From positions 30,382,001 through 30,446,000 of the forward strand of contig CM059433.1 of assembly GCA_030390025.1 (NCBI GenBank): a DNA stretch of 64,000 nucleotides. The letters are read 5' to 3'. The stretch comes from Squalus acanthias. Lineage: Eukaryota. The notes beneath the pieces were generated by a model. The model searched no databases, was not told the origin of the DNA, and saw only the letters and a list, made by a program, of their open reading frames with translations. Positions 1 through 12,637 of this stretch are shown piece after piece (position 1 is the stretch's first letter; every line of letters begins with the position of its first letter). The position numbers and the translations under genes were made by a program.

Positions 1-322
1 ACTCCAGTGCAGTACTGAGGGAGTGCTGCACTGTTGGAGGTGCCGTCTTTCAGATGAGATGTTAAACCGAGGCCTCGCCTGCCCTTTCAGGTGAATGTAA
101 AAGATTCCAAGGTACTATTTGGAGAAGAGCAGGGGAGTGCTGGCCAATATTTATCCCTCAATCAACATCACTAAAACAAATTATCTGGTCATTATCACAT
201 TGCTGTTTGTGGGACCTTGCTTTTCGCAAATTGGCTGCTGTGTTTCCTACATTACAACAGCGGATACACTTCAAAAGTACTTAATTGGCTGTAAAGCACT
301 TTGGGATGTCTTGAGGTCATCA
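1..322 (+). mobile_element. Deu-domain SINE (SacSINE1/AmnSINE1-like), cut by window start
   Basis: Contains GTGCTGCACTGT..GGTGCCGTCTTT..GATGAGATGTTAAACCGAGGCC..GAAGAGCAGGGGAG..CCCTCAATCAACATCACTAAAACA and an L2-like tail. The same sequence recurs many times in the window. Confidence 0.8.
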
Positions 323-464
323 AAGGCCTGTTGGATGAGGGATAAATATTGGCTAGTGCACTGGGGAGAACGCCCCTGCTCTTCTTCGAATAACATCACG
401 GGTCCTGAAAGGCTCTATAAGTCTTTTAGGTCTTTCTTTTCCACTCCACCACTGGAGGACCTGA

Positions 465-790
465 TGCGCTCTAGCAATTCACCAAACTCACTTCAACTGC
501 TCCAACCAGCCCCGTGACCTACACCACCAAGATGGACAAGAGCAACAATACCATGGGACCGCCATCACCTCCCAAGATGCTCTCCATCCCGACTTGGACA
601 CATTATCGCCATTTATTCATGGTGGCTGGAGCCAAAATCTTGGAACTCCCCACCTAATACCATCATGGAACATCAGCAGCAGTTTAAGAAGAAGGTCTAC
701 CATCACCATTTTGTCAGGGCAAACTAGGGATGGGTGATAAATGCTGGCCTTGCCAGCGCTGTCCACATCCTGTGAATTTGTTTAAAAAAA
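465..790 (+). mobile_element. Degenerate 3' end of the CR1-group LINE seen at 22365-24045
   Basis: CATCACCATTTTGTCAGGGCAAACTAGGGATGGGTGATAAATGCTGGCCTTGCCAGC followed by an A-tail, homologous to 13565-14108. Confidence 0.65.
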
Positions 791-1429
791 TAGATTAAAT
801 GGCACTACCATCTTGCAAACCAGACATGCCAGAGACCTAAGATGAGGATATCCAGTCCGCTGTCATTTTTGAACACTTTGGTACAACTTGCTATGCGACC
901 ATCATGTTGGATCTCCCTTGAATTGGTTTTGAGAGGTGATAATCATCCCTTTAAATAACACTGAGACACTGAGGGGCTAATAGTCACGGCTCCTGTCTAT
1001 CAAGAAACAGTCACATAATAGCCACAGTAGTATATACCTCAAAATTAGAAGTTATTAGGTGGTGAAGTTGTCAGCTGAAGTGACACGTGAGGATTAATGA
1101 GGCACTTGATTGTCATTCTAAGATCTCGAGTTAATGGTAACCCACCTTTACTGAGTTCCTTATTAATATGAATTGGAAACTGAACTAAGCTGAGCCTGTG
1201 TTCTGTCTGAGCAAAGTACTCTTCACAACAGTTACCATGGAGATAATATACTGAAAGGAATAAGGTTCAGAATCATGGGTTGGGGAATATTGTTAGTAGA
1301 AGAAAAGAAAAAGAAGAAAGCAATAAAAGGATATTTACTGTGACTGAGGTAAGGGACTTGAACATTTGCTGCAAGATTAACATATATAATTTTAAACAGA
1401 CTATTATTTGTGTCACAGACTACATTTAA

Positions 1430-2232
1430 CAACAACAACAATTTGCATTTATATAGCAACTTTAATGGAGTAAAACATCCCAAGGCGCTTCACAGGAGCG
1501 TTAGCAAACAAAATTTGATACCGAGCCACATAAGGGGATATTAGGCAGATGAGTTTGGTCAAAGAGGTAGGTTTTAAGGAGCATCTTCTGCCTAATATCC
1601 CCTTATGAGGCTTGGTGTCAAATTTTGAGGAAAGAGAGGTAGAGAGGCGGAGAGGTTTAGGGAGGGAATTCCAAAGCTTCGGGCCTAGGCAGTTGAAGGC
1701 ATGGCCGCCAGTGGTGGAGCGATTAAAATCGGGGATGCACAAGAGGCCAGAATTGGAGGAGGCTGGGGGAGGTTACACAGATAGGGAGGGGCGAGGCCAT
1801 GGAGGGATTTGAAAACAAGGATGAGAATTTCAAAGTCGAGGCATTGCTTAACCAGGAGCCAATGTAGGTCAGTGAGCACAGGGGTGATGGGTGAACGGGA
1901 CTTGGTGTGAGTTAGGATACGGGCAGCAGAGATTCGGATGAGCTTAAGTTTATGGAGGGTGGGAGATGGGAGGCTGGCCAGGAGTGCGTTGGAATAGTCA
2001 AGTCTAGAGGTAACAATGGATGAGAGTTTCAGCAGCAGATGAGCTGAGGCACGGGCAGAGTCGGGCAATGTTACCGAGGTGGAAGTAGGCGGTCTTAGAG
2101 ATGGCGCGGATATGTGGTCGGAAGCTCATCTCAGGATCAAATATGACACTAAGGTTACGAACAGTCTGATTCAGCCTCAGACAGATGCCAGGGAGAAGAT
2201 TGGAGTCGGTGGCTAGAGAACAGAGTTTGTGG
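1430..2232 (-). mobile_element. L2 LINE 3' fragment
   Basis: Minus-strand translation VTSRLDYSNALLASLP..SAARILTHTKSRSPITPVLTDLHWL..FKSLHGLAPPYL, typical of the L2 ORF2 C-terminus, with a (TTG)n tail. Confidence 0.85.
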
Positions 2233-2492
2233 CACATATATGAGGACCTGGCATTTATTAGACTCCTTGTTACTTCTTCAATTTCATCAATTCTCCAATT
2301 TAAAAGCCGCCTTTTACCCAAAAAGCTTATATCAGTAAATTAATATAGTAGTGAACTGTACATTTAATTTCAGAGAGTTGACAGGAGCCTTGAAAGTGGC
2401 CATTTTGATGAAATTCTACTCCAGCAGGGCATCTCTTTTTATTTTGCACATTTTGTTAATATTCTGTAATGCTAAAAATAATTAAAAGTAAT

Positions 2493-3109
2493 GGGCCAAA
2501 TCTTGCTGGAGGAAATAACGGTGCGTTAATGATGCATGCCATTATTAATGTGCGAATCAGCTGGTAAGTTCAGGGGATGAAGAGATACGCTGTGAGATGT
2601 GAATCTACAGAACTTGCTGGTCAATTTACGCCGCTCCACTATTTGCTTCGCACGAACAGCACCTCGCCCTCAGCCTCCCCGTTATTTATAAGAACTTGCT
2701 GGTAATGCACGCTAATCGGCCATTAAACTCGGCGCAGAAAGTTAGGGCTGGTAATTAAGAGCGTGAGCACTCTTTTAACAACGTGATGATCGTTAATGCA
2801 ATGCCGAGCAACCTCTCTGGCCCAGAAAGGGAACAATTTAAACTGTTCAGTCTCATTCCTGCAGGTAATAAATTCTCCTTGGACATTTAAAAAAATTTAA
2901 TTCCGTTTCTTTCTCAATCTTTAAATCTCATTAGTTAAGGAGATAGACTGTTGGTCCTATCACTCACTAAGGTCCCAGATGCCTCGTTTCCCTCGCCGCG
3001 CCATTATCAGCGACTAACAGGGCAAAAATTTATCGCGCTGAACAGTGCAGCAAAAATTCTAACTAGCAGCGTATGCCACGAGATGCCCCACTCCAACAAG
3101 ATCTGGGCC
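2493..3109. mobile_element. Harbinger-type MITE (family shared with 16504-17267 and 38138-38540)
   Basis: Imperfect TIRs GGGCCAAATCTTGCTGGAG / CTCCAACAAGATCTGGGCC. Internal similarity to the other two copies (CCATTAAACTC..GCAGAAAGTTAG). Confidence 0.7.
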
Positions 3110-3839
3110 ATAAAAATTATTTATTCAACTTTTCTTTTTAAAGCCTTGAGGTATCACTGACAGGGTCTCACCAGGGCCTTTCGGAACGATTTTGGACCCA
3201 ATCTGAACATTGATTATAGAAAATAATTCACTTCATCTCACCTCCAAGCAGGGTGCCCTGTGAGGGCTTTTGTTGTGACAATTATATACTGAAAACTCAG
3301 CTGATGCTAAACAGTTGATGGTTTAACCTACAGCTGCAGTACTAGTTGTTCACCACTAGATGTTGCTATTGGATATCTTTTAACAACACAGCCCACTGAT
3401 TGGCACTGAGCTTTGCGATACGATCTCCATGCTGCACATTGCCTTGACAGCAACAGCGAACTTCGATTTTATTCCAAGCAAGAGAAAAGCAAAAGCAGTG
3501 CCCAATCCTAAAATAGTATTTATGTTCTGAGAACCCTTTCTCGGCTGTTCTTGCTTCAGGATCTTTCATTTGCTTGTGATATGACGACAACCACTTGCAT
3601 TTATATAGCACCTTAACATAGTAATACATCCCAAGGATGCAGTTGGAGATAAAATGAGAGGGTGAAAGGAAATATCCTGAGGAAACCAACTTTCACTAGC
3701 ACTGAAGGTTGTAAGGAAGAGTAGAATAGGCTGGGTATAAATAGAACATTTGCAAATAAAATGTACATTCATGTTTTATACATTGTATATTGTAGATAAA
3801 TATATACACAAATATTATATTAATTATATGTAGTATATC

Positions 3840-3843
3840 TGTG

Positions 3844-3874
<31 letters not shown>

Positions 3875-3985
3875 ATGTGTATATGTGTGTGTACATGTGT
3901 GTATGCATATATGTGTATATATATGTGTGTGTATATATTTATATATGTGTGTGTGTATATATATTTATATATCTATGCCTATGTA
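3840..3985. repeat. (TA)n/(TG)n compound microsatellite
   Basis: Directly visible dinucleotide runs. Confidence 0.95.
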
Positions 3986-4023
3986 TACAGTACACAACAT
4001 ATAACCTATGACTTTGCTTTATT

Positions 4024-4767
4024 GGGCCGAAAATTGATCCCGGGACGCGAGAGTACGCACTGCATACTCTCGCGTATTCCCACTCCAATTGCCGGTTTTC
4101 TGCATGCCCTGCGCATGCGCTGAAAACCGGCAATTGCTCTTCCGAAAAGGGGGCGGGGCCGGAGTGCATCGCGTGCGCGCTACAGGCTGCGCGCACGCTG
4201 TGCACTTCATGCTTTGGACGCGCAGGTAAGTACTGAAGATTTTGGAAATGTAAAAAGGAGGAGTAAGACCCGCTTTTAAGAAGGTAAGTAGTGAATTAAG
4301 TATTTTTTTGAATTTTTTTTTACAGGTATATCTTTTTTATAGACTTTAAAGACAGGTAAGTTTATTTTTATAACTTTTTAAAAGATTTTAAATTTTTTCA
4401 AAAATTTAATTTTTTATTTAAAATGGTTAATTTAATTAACTATACTTATTTTATTAATGTGATGGGTTTTTTTTTAAATTTAATTGAGGTTTAGCTGTTA
4501 TTTTGGGGGGGTGTAAGATTCATAAGTCTCTCAGCCATGCTGTGAGACTTATGAATGGAAGATGGTGTGCTGCCATTGGCTCTAACTGAGTCACGTGATC
4601 CCACAGCTCGCACGAATTAACTACGCCGCTGGGATACGCAAGCCCAGCACAGCAGCTGTCTGGAACATCAATTTCGTGCGAGCTGGATCAGAAAAAGCAT
4701 AAGCGAGGTGAGACATCGCGGGAAAGGCTTACCCCCGCGGGAACAGAGCGAGATGAATTTCTGGCCC
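4024..4767. mobile_element. Harbinger-type MITE with GC-rich hairpin arm and AT-rich core
   Basis: TIRs GGGCCGAAAATT / AATTTCTGGCCC, flanked by att/aat. Same architecture as 50065-50805. Confidence 0.7.
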
Positions 4768-5371
4768 AATATCTTTGAAGGCTCCCATTCTCCATTTTCC
4801 TCCTTCCTTGCTCTCTATATGTATATGTAATCTGTGTACACGTTTACCAATCTATATACACACACGGCGTGTGCATCCTTTCATGTATACTTATTATTGC
4901 TAAAGAATCCATTTCCCTTGATTCCCCCTTCTCTAGACTCTCGTCGCAGGGAGTCAGGCTGTGTGTCACATACGGCTGACAGCCACTCACCTGTGACACT
5001 GAACCAATTATTTTGGAATGATTGAGGTTAGGCTGGGGACATGTTAAGGAGGAGCGGGAAGAAAGCCATTCATTTTCTCTTCCCTGGTGCGGTGAACAAA
5101 AGGTGAGTGAGGTATGGAAATTTGCATTTTATGGTCTAAAACCAGAATATTGGTTAAAAAAAACAGAACAAAGAGAAAAAAAAATGTAACTGCAGTTTTT
5201 AAGTTATTCTTCTGCCAGACTTCTTATATTCCATTTACGTACTCCAAGTAGTTTCCAGAAGTTTTCCTGTACTCCCACAGAAGTTAGCCAGAACAGGCAC
5301 AGATTTTTCAGCCCCCGCCGCCCCCCCACCCGCCCCGCCCGCTGTGTCTGTTGGAAAAGAAAGAAAGCAAG

Positions 5372-5708
5372 AAATACTTGTTTGAAGCGTGGTCTCTGCT
5401 ATAATGTCGGAAACGTAGCAGCCAATTTCTGCGCAGCAAGCTCTCACAAACAGCAATGAGATAATGACCAGATAATCTGTTTTTGGTGGGGGGATAAATA
5501 TTGGCCAGGACACCGGGATCTTTTACATCCACCCGAGAGGGCAGACGGGGCCTCGGTTTCAGGGCTCATCTGAAAAACGTCACCTCCGACAGTGCAGCGC
5601 CCCCTCAGTACTACACTGGAGTGCCAGCCTAGATTTTGTGCTCAAGTCTCTGGAGTGGAGCTTAAATCCACGACCTTCTGACTCAGGCGAGGGTGCTACG
5701 GCTGACAC
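5372..5708 (-). mobile_element. Deu-domain SINE
   Basis: Reverse complement of the SINE at 1-322, including the head region (ACCTTCTGACTCAG on +). Confidence 0.8.
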
Positions 5709-6244
5709 TTCAGAATCCGCCAATCAACATTTGACACAGACCCTGGCCCCGCGAATTTGCGGGGTGGTGCATCTTGGGTCAAGTGCCAACATGTGCCCAC
5801 CTTGGACTTCTGCCACTGACTCTGCCAAAGTCCGTGGGATCGGGGCGGGGGGAGGGTCCCTTCAATTGCTTGGCATTGGTGGGCAGCATGCCACTGGAAG
5901 CGCAAATACAGTGCATCTAAACTGTCGGCCATTGTATCCATGCTGGAACGTCCAGCGGAAGTGGACTGGCCGGTGGGGAGGGGGCGTTAATTTGATTCCT
6001 CTTCAGGGGTCCAGGTCTTGAACTTGGCCTGGAATCTCCACCCCCACCAATGGTCCACAAGCACACCTGTGCTGAGCCTGGGTCCCACTGAAAGCCAGGT
6101 GCAGGAAGTGCCCATATCGGGAGTCCCCAGCTCCTCTTACAACCATGATATTGTAAAGAGGCTCTGGTCCTAGTAGGCCATCCCTGTGCTAGGTGTTTGT
6201 CGCGAGGCCTATCCCCAGGCCTGAGCCTAGTTCCAGCTGCTCCA

Positions 6245-6460
6245 ACAACAACAACAGCTGGCATTATATAATGCCTTTAATGTAGTAAAACGTCCCAAGG
6301 CACTGTATCAGGCAAATGTTGACACCGAGTCACACAAGGCGATACTAGGATTGGTGACCAAAAGCTTAGTCAAAGAGGTAGGTTTTAAGGAGCATTTTAA
6401 AGAAAGAAAGAGAGGTAGAGAGGCGGAGAAGCTTAAAGAGGGAATTCCAGAGCTTAGACA
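6245..6460 (-). mobile_element. L2 3' tail fragment
   Basis: AACAACAAC..GTCCCAAGG..GTCAAAGAGGTAGGTTTTAAGGAGC..GGGAATTCCAGAGCTT, matching the other L2 tails. Confidence 0.8.
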
Positions 6461-6904
6461 GAGCATTTCAACTCACAAGGTTTCTTTAGAACGACCCCTG
6501 TTCATAGCGAGAGCAGAGCTCAGCGCACTATCTCTCTAAAGGCCGTGATACAGAGGTTCAGGCCCTTCCACAATCCTCTAAAATCCCTGGAACTGCACTG
6601 GTGGGAAAGACAGCTCATTTCACCTTTATCGTGACACATTTATCGGTTCAACCCGAGCTTAGTTAGATCTACCTGCCTCCACTCCTGATAATTGCAGTTT
6701 TTCCTTGTTCCCATGTGATGTCCCGAAACTATTTCATTCATGAAGTTTTTTATAAAGTCCTTCCTAATCTCACAGCCTATGCAAGTGTTAGGGGCAAAAG
6801 ATAGTCATGTTCCTGCCCGCATCTTCAGAAATAAAATGTTTACAGCAATCTGTTGTGAGAGAATGCTTCTGGGTCTTAGAGGGTTAAATTCTGATTGCAT
6901 TAAT

Positions 6905-7135
6905 TAGACTTGTATTCCCTTGAGTATAGAAGATTAAGGGGTGATCTAATTGAGGTGTTTATGATGATTAAAAGAGGTGATAGGGTAGATAGAGAGAAAC
7001 TATTTCCTCTGGTGGGGGAATCAAGAATATTGGACACAACCTTAAAATTAGAACCAGGCCATTGAGGAGGGAGTATTTCTTCACACAATGGGTAGTATAA
7101 ATCTGGAATTCTCCGGCACAAAAGGCTGTGGATGT
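6905..7135 (+). mobile_element. CR1 LINE 3' fragment
   Basis: Encodes L(Y)SLEYRRLRGDLIEVF..DREKLFPL, the CR1 ORF2 C-terminus. Confidence 0.75.
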
Positions 7136-7811
7136 CAGTGCAGCTGATGTGACCGACGCTAATTTAGAACCTTCTCATGCCATCCAGTGAATCACCCGGC
7201 AACCTCCTGTTAAACCTGTTCAACTTTACCCTGAGCCAACTGTCTAATCAGCTCTTTGTTAGTGTTAAAAAGACTGTCCACCTTCGGACGCTGGTGAGCA
7301 GAGTTCTGCACATGCGTTGCTGCATGTGTGTGGAGAGTTCCATTTCCCTTGGCCAGGGAGAGATACCGAGGCAGCAGTAAAGCTCAGGTCATCTGGCTCT
7401 GACTCACTCTCGGCTGTTATTGATCCTAAACTTGTACTTTCAATATAACAGCGTTGCTAGTGAATGCACTGAAATCAAGTTAAAATGTCGACAACAATTA
7501 GGAAAGGGTTGGTGATGGGGCATAAATCGTGGAATTATGCTGTAGGTAATAGAAAGAAAAAGGAAGACTTGCATTTCTATAGCGTCTTTCACGACCTCAG
7601 GACGTCCCAAAGTGCTTTACAGCCAATGAAGTACTTTTGAAGTGTAGTCACTGTTCTAATAGGGTGTGAACACTTAATGGAGCAGATCTTCCTGTTTCTA
7701 CGCTTGTGCCTATATACACAGAGGGAAATTGGATGGGCAATCTCATGTACAATGAATCAGAGTGTTTATGAGAACAGGGTTGTTATGCCAAATAGCATTA
7801 CCAGGGATACT

Positions 7812-8490
7812 TTGTAACCTTGGTGTCCTATTTGATCCTGAGCTGAGCTTCCGACCCCATATCCTCTCCATTAGCAAGACCGCCTACTTCAACCTCTGTA
7901 ACATCGCCCGTCTCTGCCACTGCCTCAGCTCATCCGCTACTGGAACCCTCATCCATGCTTTTGTTACCTCCAGACTCAACTATTCCAATGCTCTCCTGGC
8001 CGGCCTCCCATCTTCCACCCTCCGTAAACTTAAGCTCATCCAAAACTCTTCTGCCTGTATCCTAACTCGCACCAAGTCCCATTCACCCATCACCCCTGTG
8101 CTCGCTGACCTACATTGGCTCCCGTTCCGGCAACGCCTCGATTTTCAAATTCCTCCATGGCCTCACCCCTCCCTATCTCTGTAACCTCCTCCAGCTCTAC
8201 AACCCGTGCTCCTCCAATTCCGGCCTCTTGCATGTCCCCGATTTCCTTCGCTCCACCACTGGCTGCCGTGCCTTCAGCCGTCTAGGCCCCAAGCTCTGGA
8301 ACTCCCTCCCTAAACCTCTCCGCCTCTCTCTCCTCCTTTAAGACCCTACTTCTTTGTCCAGATTTTAGTCGCCTCTCCTATTAACTCCTTCTTTGCCCCG
8401 GTGTGAATATTTATCTGATTACGCTTCTGTGAAGCACCTTGGATTGCTTTTCTATTTTAAAGGCATTATATAAATGCAAGTTGTTGTTGT
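7812..8490 (+). mobile_element. L2 LINE 3' fragment
   Basis: ORF 7762-8184 reads NLGVLFDPELSF..LIHAFVTSRLNYSNALLAGLP; tail ATAAATGCAAGTTGTTGTTG. Confidence 0.85.
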
Positions 8491-8647
8491 AACACAGGTG
8501 GGGGAGCTGGGAAATACAAAACCGCTGCACTACCGCACGCCGACTGGTGTTAGAGTGTAATTACAGCATGGCATGGGCAGTTACCATTATAAATGTGGAC
8601 ATGGAAATTTAAAATGGAAAGTTGACGAGAAGTGCATGTAGACAAAA

Positions 8648-10098
8648 GGGCCTAGAAATTTGGGCGTGCACCGTCAATCCCTGAACCTGAATGGTGAGGC
8701 CCGAAGTACACACAATATTGGGCCTCGAGCCTTACAGCTGCGGAGAATAAGAGGCAGCTCGCCCGGTGAAACGTGATGGGAGATCAGGCTGTTGCTGCCG
8801 TCGCAGCGGCCCTCAGGTAAGTGAGGGGGGGGGGGCAGCAACCAGGGAGGGGGACAACTGGAATGTCGGGGTGACTGGGAAATGTGGGGTGACTGGGAAA
8901 GGGGGTGACTGGGAAGGGAGTGACTGGGAAGGGTAGGGTGACTGGGAAGGGAGTGACTGGGAAGGGCAGGGTGACTGGGAAGGGAGTGACTGGGAAGGGC
9001 AGGGTGACTGGGAAGGGAGTGACTGGGAAGGGTAGGGTGACTGGGAATGGAGTGACTGGGAAGGGCAGGGTGACTGGGAAGGACAGGATTACTGGGAAGA
9101 GAGTGACTGGGAAAGGGGTGACTGGGAAAGGGGGTGACTGACTGGGAAGGGAGTGACTGGGAAGGGAGTGACTGGGAAGGGAGTGACTGGGAAGGGCAGG
9201 GTGACTGGGAAGGGAGTGACTGGGAAGGGCAGGGTGACTGGGAAGGGAGTGACTGGGAAGCGCAGGGTGGTTGGGAAGGGAGTGACTGGGAAGGGCAGTG
9301 TGACTGGGAAGGGAGTGACTGGGAAGGGAGTGACTGGGAAGGGAGTGACTGGGAAGGACAGGATTACTGGGAAGAGAGCGACTGGGAAAGGGGGTGACTG
9401 GGAAGGGAGTGACTGGGAAGGGAGTGACTGGGAAGGGAGTGACTGGGAAGGGAGTGACTGGGAAGGGCAGGGTGACTGGGAAGGGAGTGACTGGGAAGGG
9501 CAGGGTGACTGGGAAGGGAGTGACTGGGAAGGGTAGGGTGACTGGGAAGGGAGTGACTGGGAAGGGCAGGGTGACTGGGAAGGGAGTGACTGGGACGCGC
9601 AGGGTGACTGGGAAGGTGGGGGGCGACTGGGAAGGGAGCAACCAGATTGGCAGGCAGTGGTTGTCACAGGAGAGGTAGCAGTGGCTAGGGGGAGGGTCAT
9701 GTGATCGTGGCGGCAACTTGGCAGCAGCCCACGTTCTTTGAACACGCCTGCTCCTCCCGGCTCCACATTCAGGTAAGCACTTACCTTGTTGATTGCGGCC
9801 TGTATCGGCCTCTTTAAGGACCGTTGGGTAGACCACATTTAGAACTGGTATTCCTGAGTACAGTCGGCAGCAGCTGCCTCATGCCAAACCATCTTGCAGT
9901 GGGGGCCTCAAACAGGATTAAGGCCTCTTATTTGCTTATGCAAAGGATGTAACGCCTGCTTCATGTGTGGGCAATGCACGATGATTTTTTTGGCCTTTAC
10001 CAATATGGCGGGCAGTACACTTCTGGCTCATAATAGGCATGCGATTCCTGCCCGCCATATTGGAGGCTTATGAGGCTGTTTAGCACCTGAAAAATGGG
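8648..10098. mobile_element. Harbinger-type MITE containing an expanded minisatellite (inverted relative of 12638-13389)
   Basis: Starts GGGCCTAGAAATTTGGG. 9760-10098 is the reverse complement of 12660-12990 (CCCGCCATATTGG, TCAGGTAAG..ACTTACCTTGTT). The right TIR appears lost. Confidence 0.65.
8868..9635. repeat. G-rich minisatellite, alternating 15-bp (GTGACTGGGAAGGGA) and 18-bp (GTGACTGGGAAGGGCAGG) units
   Basis: Directly visible tandem array. Confidence 0.95.
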
Positions 10099-10120
10099 CC
10101 AAGATCTTTTATACAATTTT

Positions 10121-10276
10121 TATATATATACATATACACACACACACAGGCACCCACACACACACACACACACAGGCACACACACAGGTACACACAGACT
10201 GTCACGCACACACACACAGACTGTCATGCACACACACACAGACTGGCGCGTGCGCACACACACACACACACACACA
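10121..10276. repeat. (TA)/(CA)n compound microsatellite
   Basis: Directly visible. Confidence 0.9.
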
Positions 10277-11029
10277 AGCCTTGGGGTAGGAATCAAAATA
10301 CACCAAAGAGCTGCAGACTGCAGTTATCGCGAAGACCAACACCAAACAGCAATTCTGTTCTCTGGGGTTGAACTTTAGCCCATTGCCCCGATCCCCTTGT
10401 GCGAACAATAACTTCCTGACACAATCTGAAACGAAAATCAAGGTCAGTCCCAAAGAGATTAATCACTTATGTAACGACACAATGTTACATCCTACCTTAC
10501 TATCAGTGAAACAGAATTCAATCGGGCAAGAGTCTATTGTGGATCAGGCATTCCTGGAAGACTGAATCTGCTGCATATTGATAAGTTCTGGAGAAAATAT
10601 TGATTCAATCACTCTACCTTATTTAATTAGCTTCGAGGGAAAAAAACATTCTTTAGTCTTAAAGGTATTCTGCACTATGTGGAGACACGCAAATATATCA
10701 TCCACTGGGCCTTGCATTTGTTTGCTTTCATTACAGGTGTTTTCTATTGAGATGCTTCAGATAAAAATTTGTGCAGACAAATTCAGAATATAACTATTTC
10801 ATGGACAGTCTGATTCTTTCATTAATTATATATACATACGCACAAAATAAATACAAGTACAGAAAAAGCAATGTGATGGGAAGGTATGTAGGTAGGGTTA
10901 AGATCAGCCAAAGGGCTTTTTAAACCAAGTATTTTCTTAATAAGATTAGACATGGCGGTTGGCGGATTGAATAGCTAAATATCCCCAATAAGATTTACAA
11001 CAGTTCACAATGAAGGAGAAGTACTTAAG

Positions 11030-11265
11030 GCCAGGAGGCCCTAGGTTTGAGCCTGGTCTGTTTTTCAGTTAGCTGATAACCTTAGTGGCACTGTATGCCT
11101 TAGGCTCACCGAGCAACAGGGGAAATCAGCCAATGTTCCTGCTGTTGATTACTATACAGTGACCTGTGCTGGAAAGTGCAGGTGTATAGACTTTGATGAG
11201 AGCAGGATTGGGACTGGCTGTAATAAACCTGACAGTTAAATGATCTGCCAATACACACAGTCTGT
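11030..11265 (+). mobile_element. Degenerate LF-SINE-like element
   Basis: CTGGTCTG..AGTTAGCTGAT..GGGGAAATCAGCCAATGTTCCTGCT..TATACAGTGACC..TGCTGGAAAGTGC..CAGGATTGGGACTGGCTGT resembles the LF-SINE consensus as I recall it. Confidence 0.55.
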
Positions 11266-11479
11266 CATCACACCCTACTCAAAATCTACCCTTGACCTAT
11301 CCATCAAAGAAAGAAAGAAAGGAGTGAAAGATAGAAGGAAAGAAGGAAAGATAGAAACAGAGGGAGGGAAGGGAAGGAAGGATTCAGCACCTTTCACAAC
11401 CTCAGGATGTCCCAAAGCATTTCACAGCCAATTGAGTACTTTGAAGTGTAATCACTGTTGTAAAGTTGTCTCACCTTCC

Positions 11480-12540
11480 TTTCCTCTGTAATGTCTCCAA
11501 CTGCCTCATTGTCTCCCAGCTCCATGCCCATGTTTGAATCTCTACACTCGAGCTTCTGCCCATTTTACAGCACTGAGAGTGCCCTGGCCAGAGCCATGAA
11601 CGTTACCAGTTATGACCGTGACTCCCAAGCATTATATCCCTCCTCGCCCTCCTCACCAATTTTTCCGCAGCATTTGACATGATTCATCATGCTGTATGCC
11701 TTCCCTATGTTGTCCAAATCCATGGGACTACCCTAGTGTGGTTCCACCCCAGCCTATCAAAATGCTGCCATCACATCTTCAGTAACATCTTCAGTTCTCT
11801 GTCTCACACTGTCACCTCTGGAGTCTCTGCGAAAGATCCATCCTTGACCTCTTCCTTCTATATGCCTCATTGACGTCAGCTCCCATATTATATCCCGATG
11901 ACACCAAGCTCTTCCTCTCCACCACTTCTCTTGACCACCTCCTATATTTCAGGCTGCCTCTCTGACATCAAGTCATGGTTTGTGCTGATTCTCTGTATGT
12001 CTTCAGGAGGGAGATGGACCGGTTGTTGACTGGAGCAGAGATTGCATCATGTAGAAGGTAAGTGGCTTTATAGAGAATGCTTCATCCGTGTGATCTCCTG
12101 GACTGGGTTCAATCTCCTGAGGGGGCAGGAGAGGAATTTTCGAGAGTATTTTTCCCTTATTGGCCCTGAATGTTTTCTCTGTTTTGTTTTGACCTCTCCC
12201 AGGAGATTTCATGGCTGCAGTAGGGGGAAGAAAGGGGGTGGGGGGCGGTGGGGGATGAAGTGTCTGGTCATGATACTCCGGCCATCATGGAGTGGGGCAG
12301 GCATGACGGAGCAGCCTGCCTGTCATTTTCGTGTGTTCGTATGAGTCACAAATTGCTTCAGATGAACACAGGAAAGACTGAAGCCATTGTTTTTGGAGCC
12401 TGCCACAAACCTTGCTTTCCAGCCACAGACTGCATCCCCCTCCCCATCAATTCACCGAAGCTGAACAAATCTATGCAAAATCTGCATCCTGTTCGACCCT
12501 GAGCTTAGCTTCAAACACGACATCCTCTCTCTCATTGAAA
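11480..12540 (+). mobile_element. Old L2 RT fragment, interrupted by unrelated sequence at ~11990-12330
   Basis: Degenerate ..YSTESAL.., TVTSGV, PDDTKL, LQMNTGKTEAIVFG motifs of L2 RT. Confidence 0.6.
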
Positions 12541-12637
12541 TCACTGTTACGTTCTTTGGTATTTTCTAACCTTCTTCTTCAAGATTATTTTGACTCTTGA
12601 ATCTTAGCTAACTCTCATGGTTGAGTCCTAACACCCA

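Noticed and set aside
5745..6240. GC-rich segment starting with TIR-like GGCCCCGCGAATTTGC
   Set aside because: No matching right TIR or TSD found. Probably a MITE fragment, but not supportable.
8784..9838. Long ORFs (350 aa PFPVT repeats, 249 aa PSQS repeats and + strand equivalents)
   Set aside because: Translations of a minisatellite whose units (15 and 18 bp) are multiples of 3. No evidence of coding.
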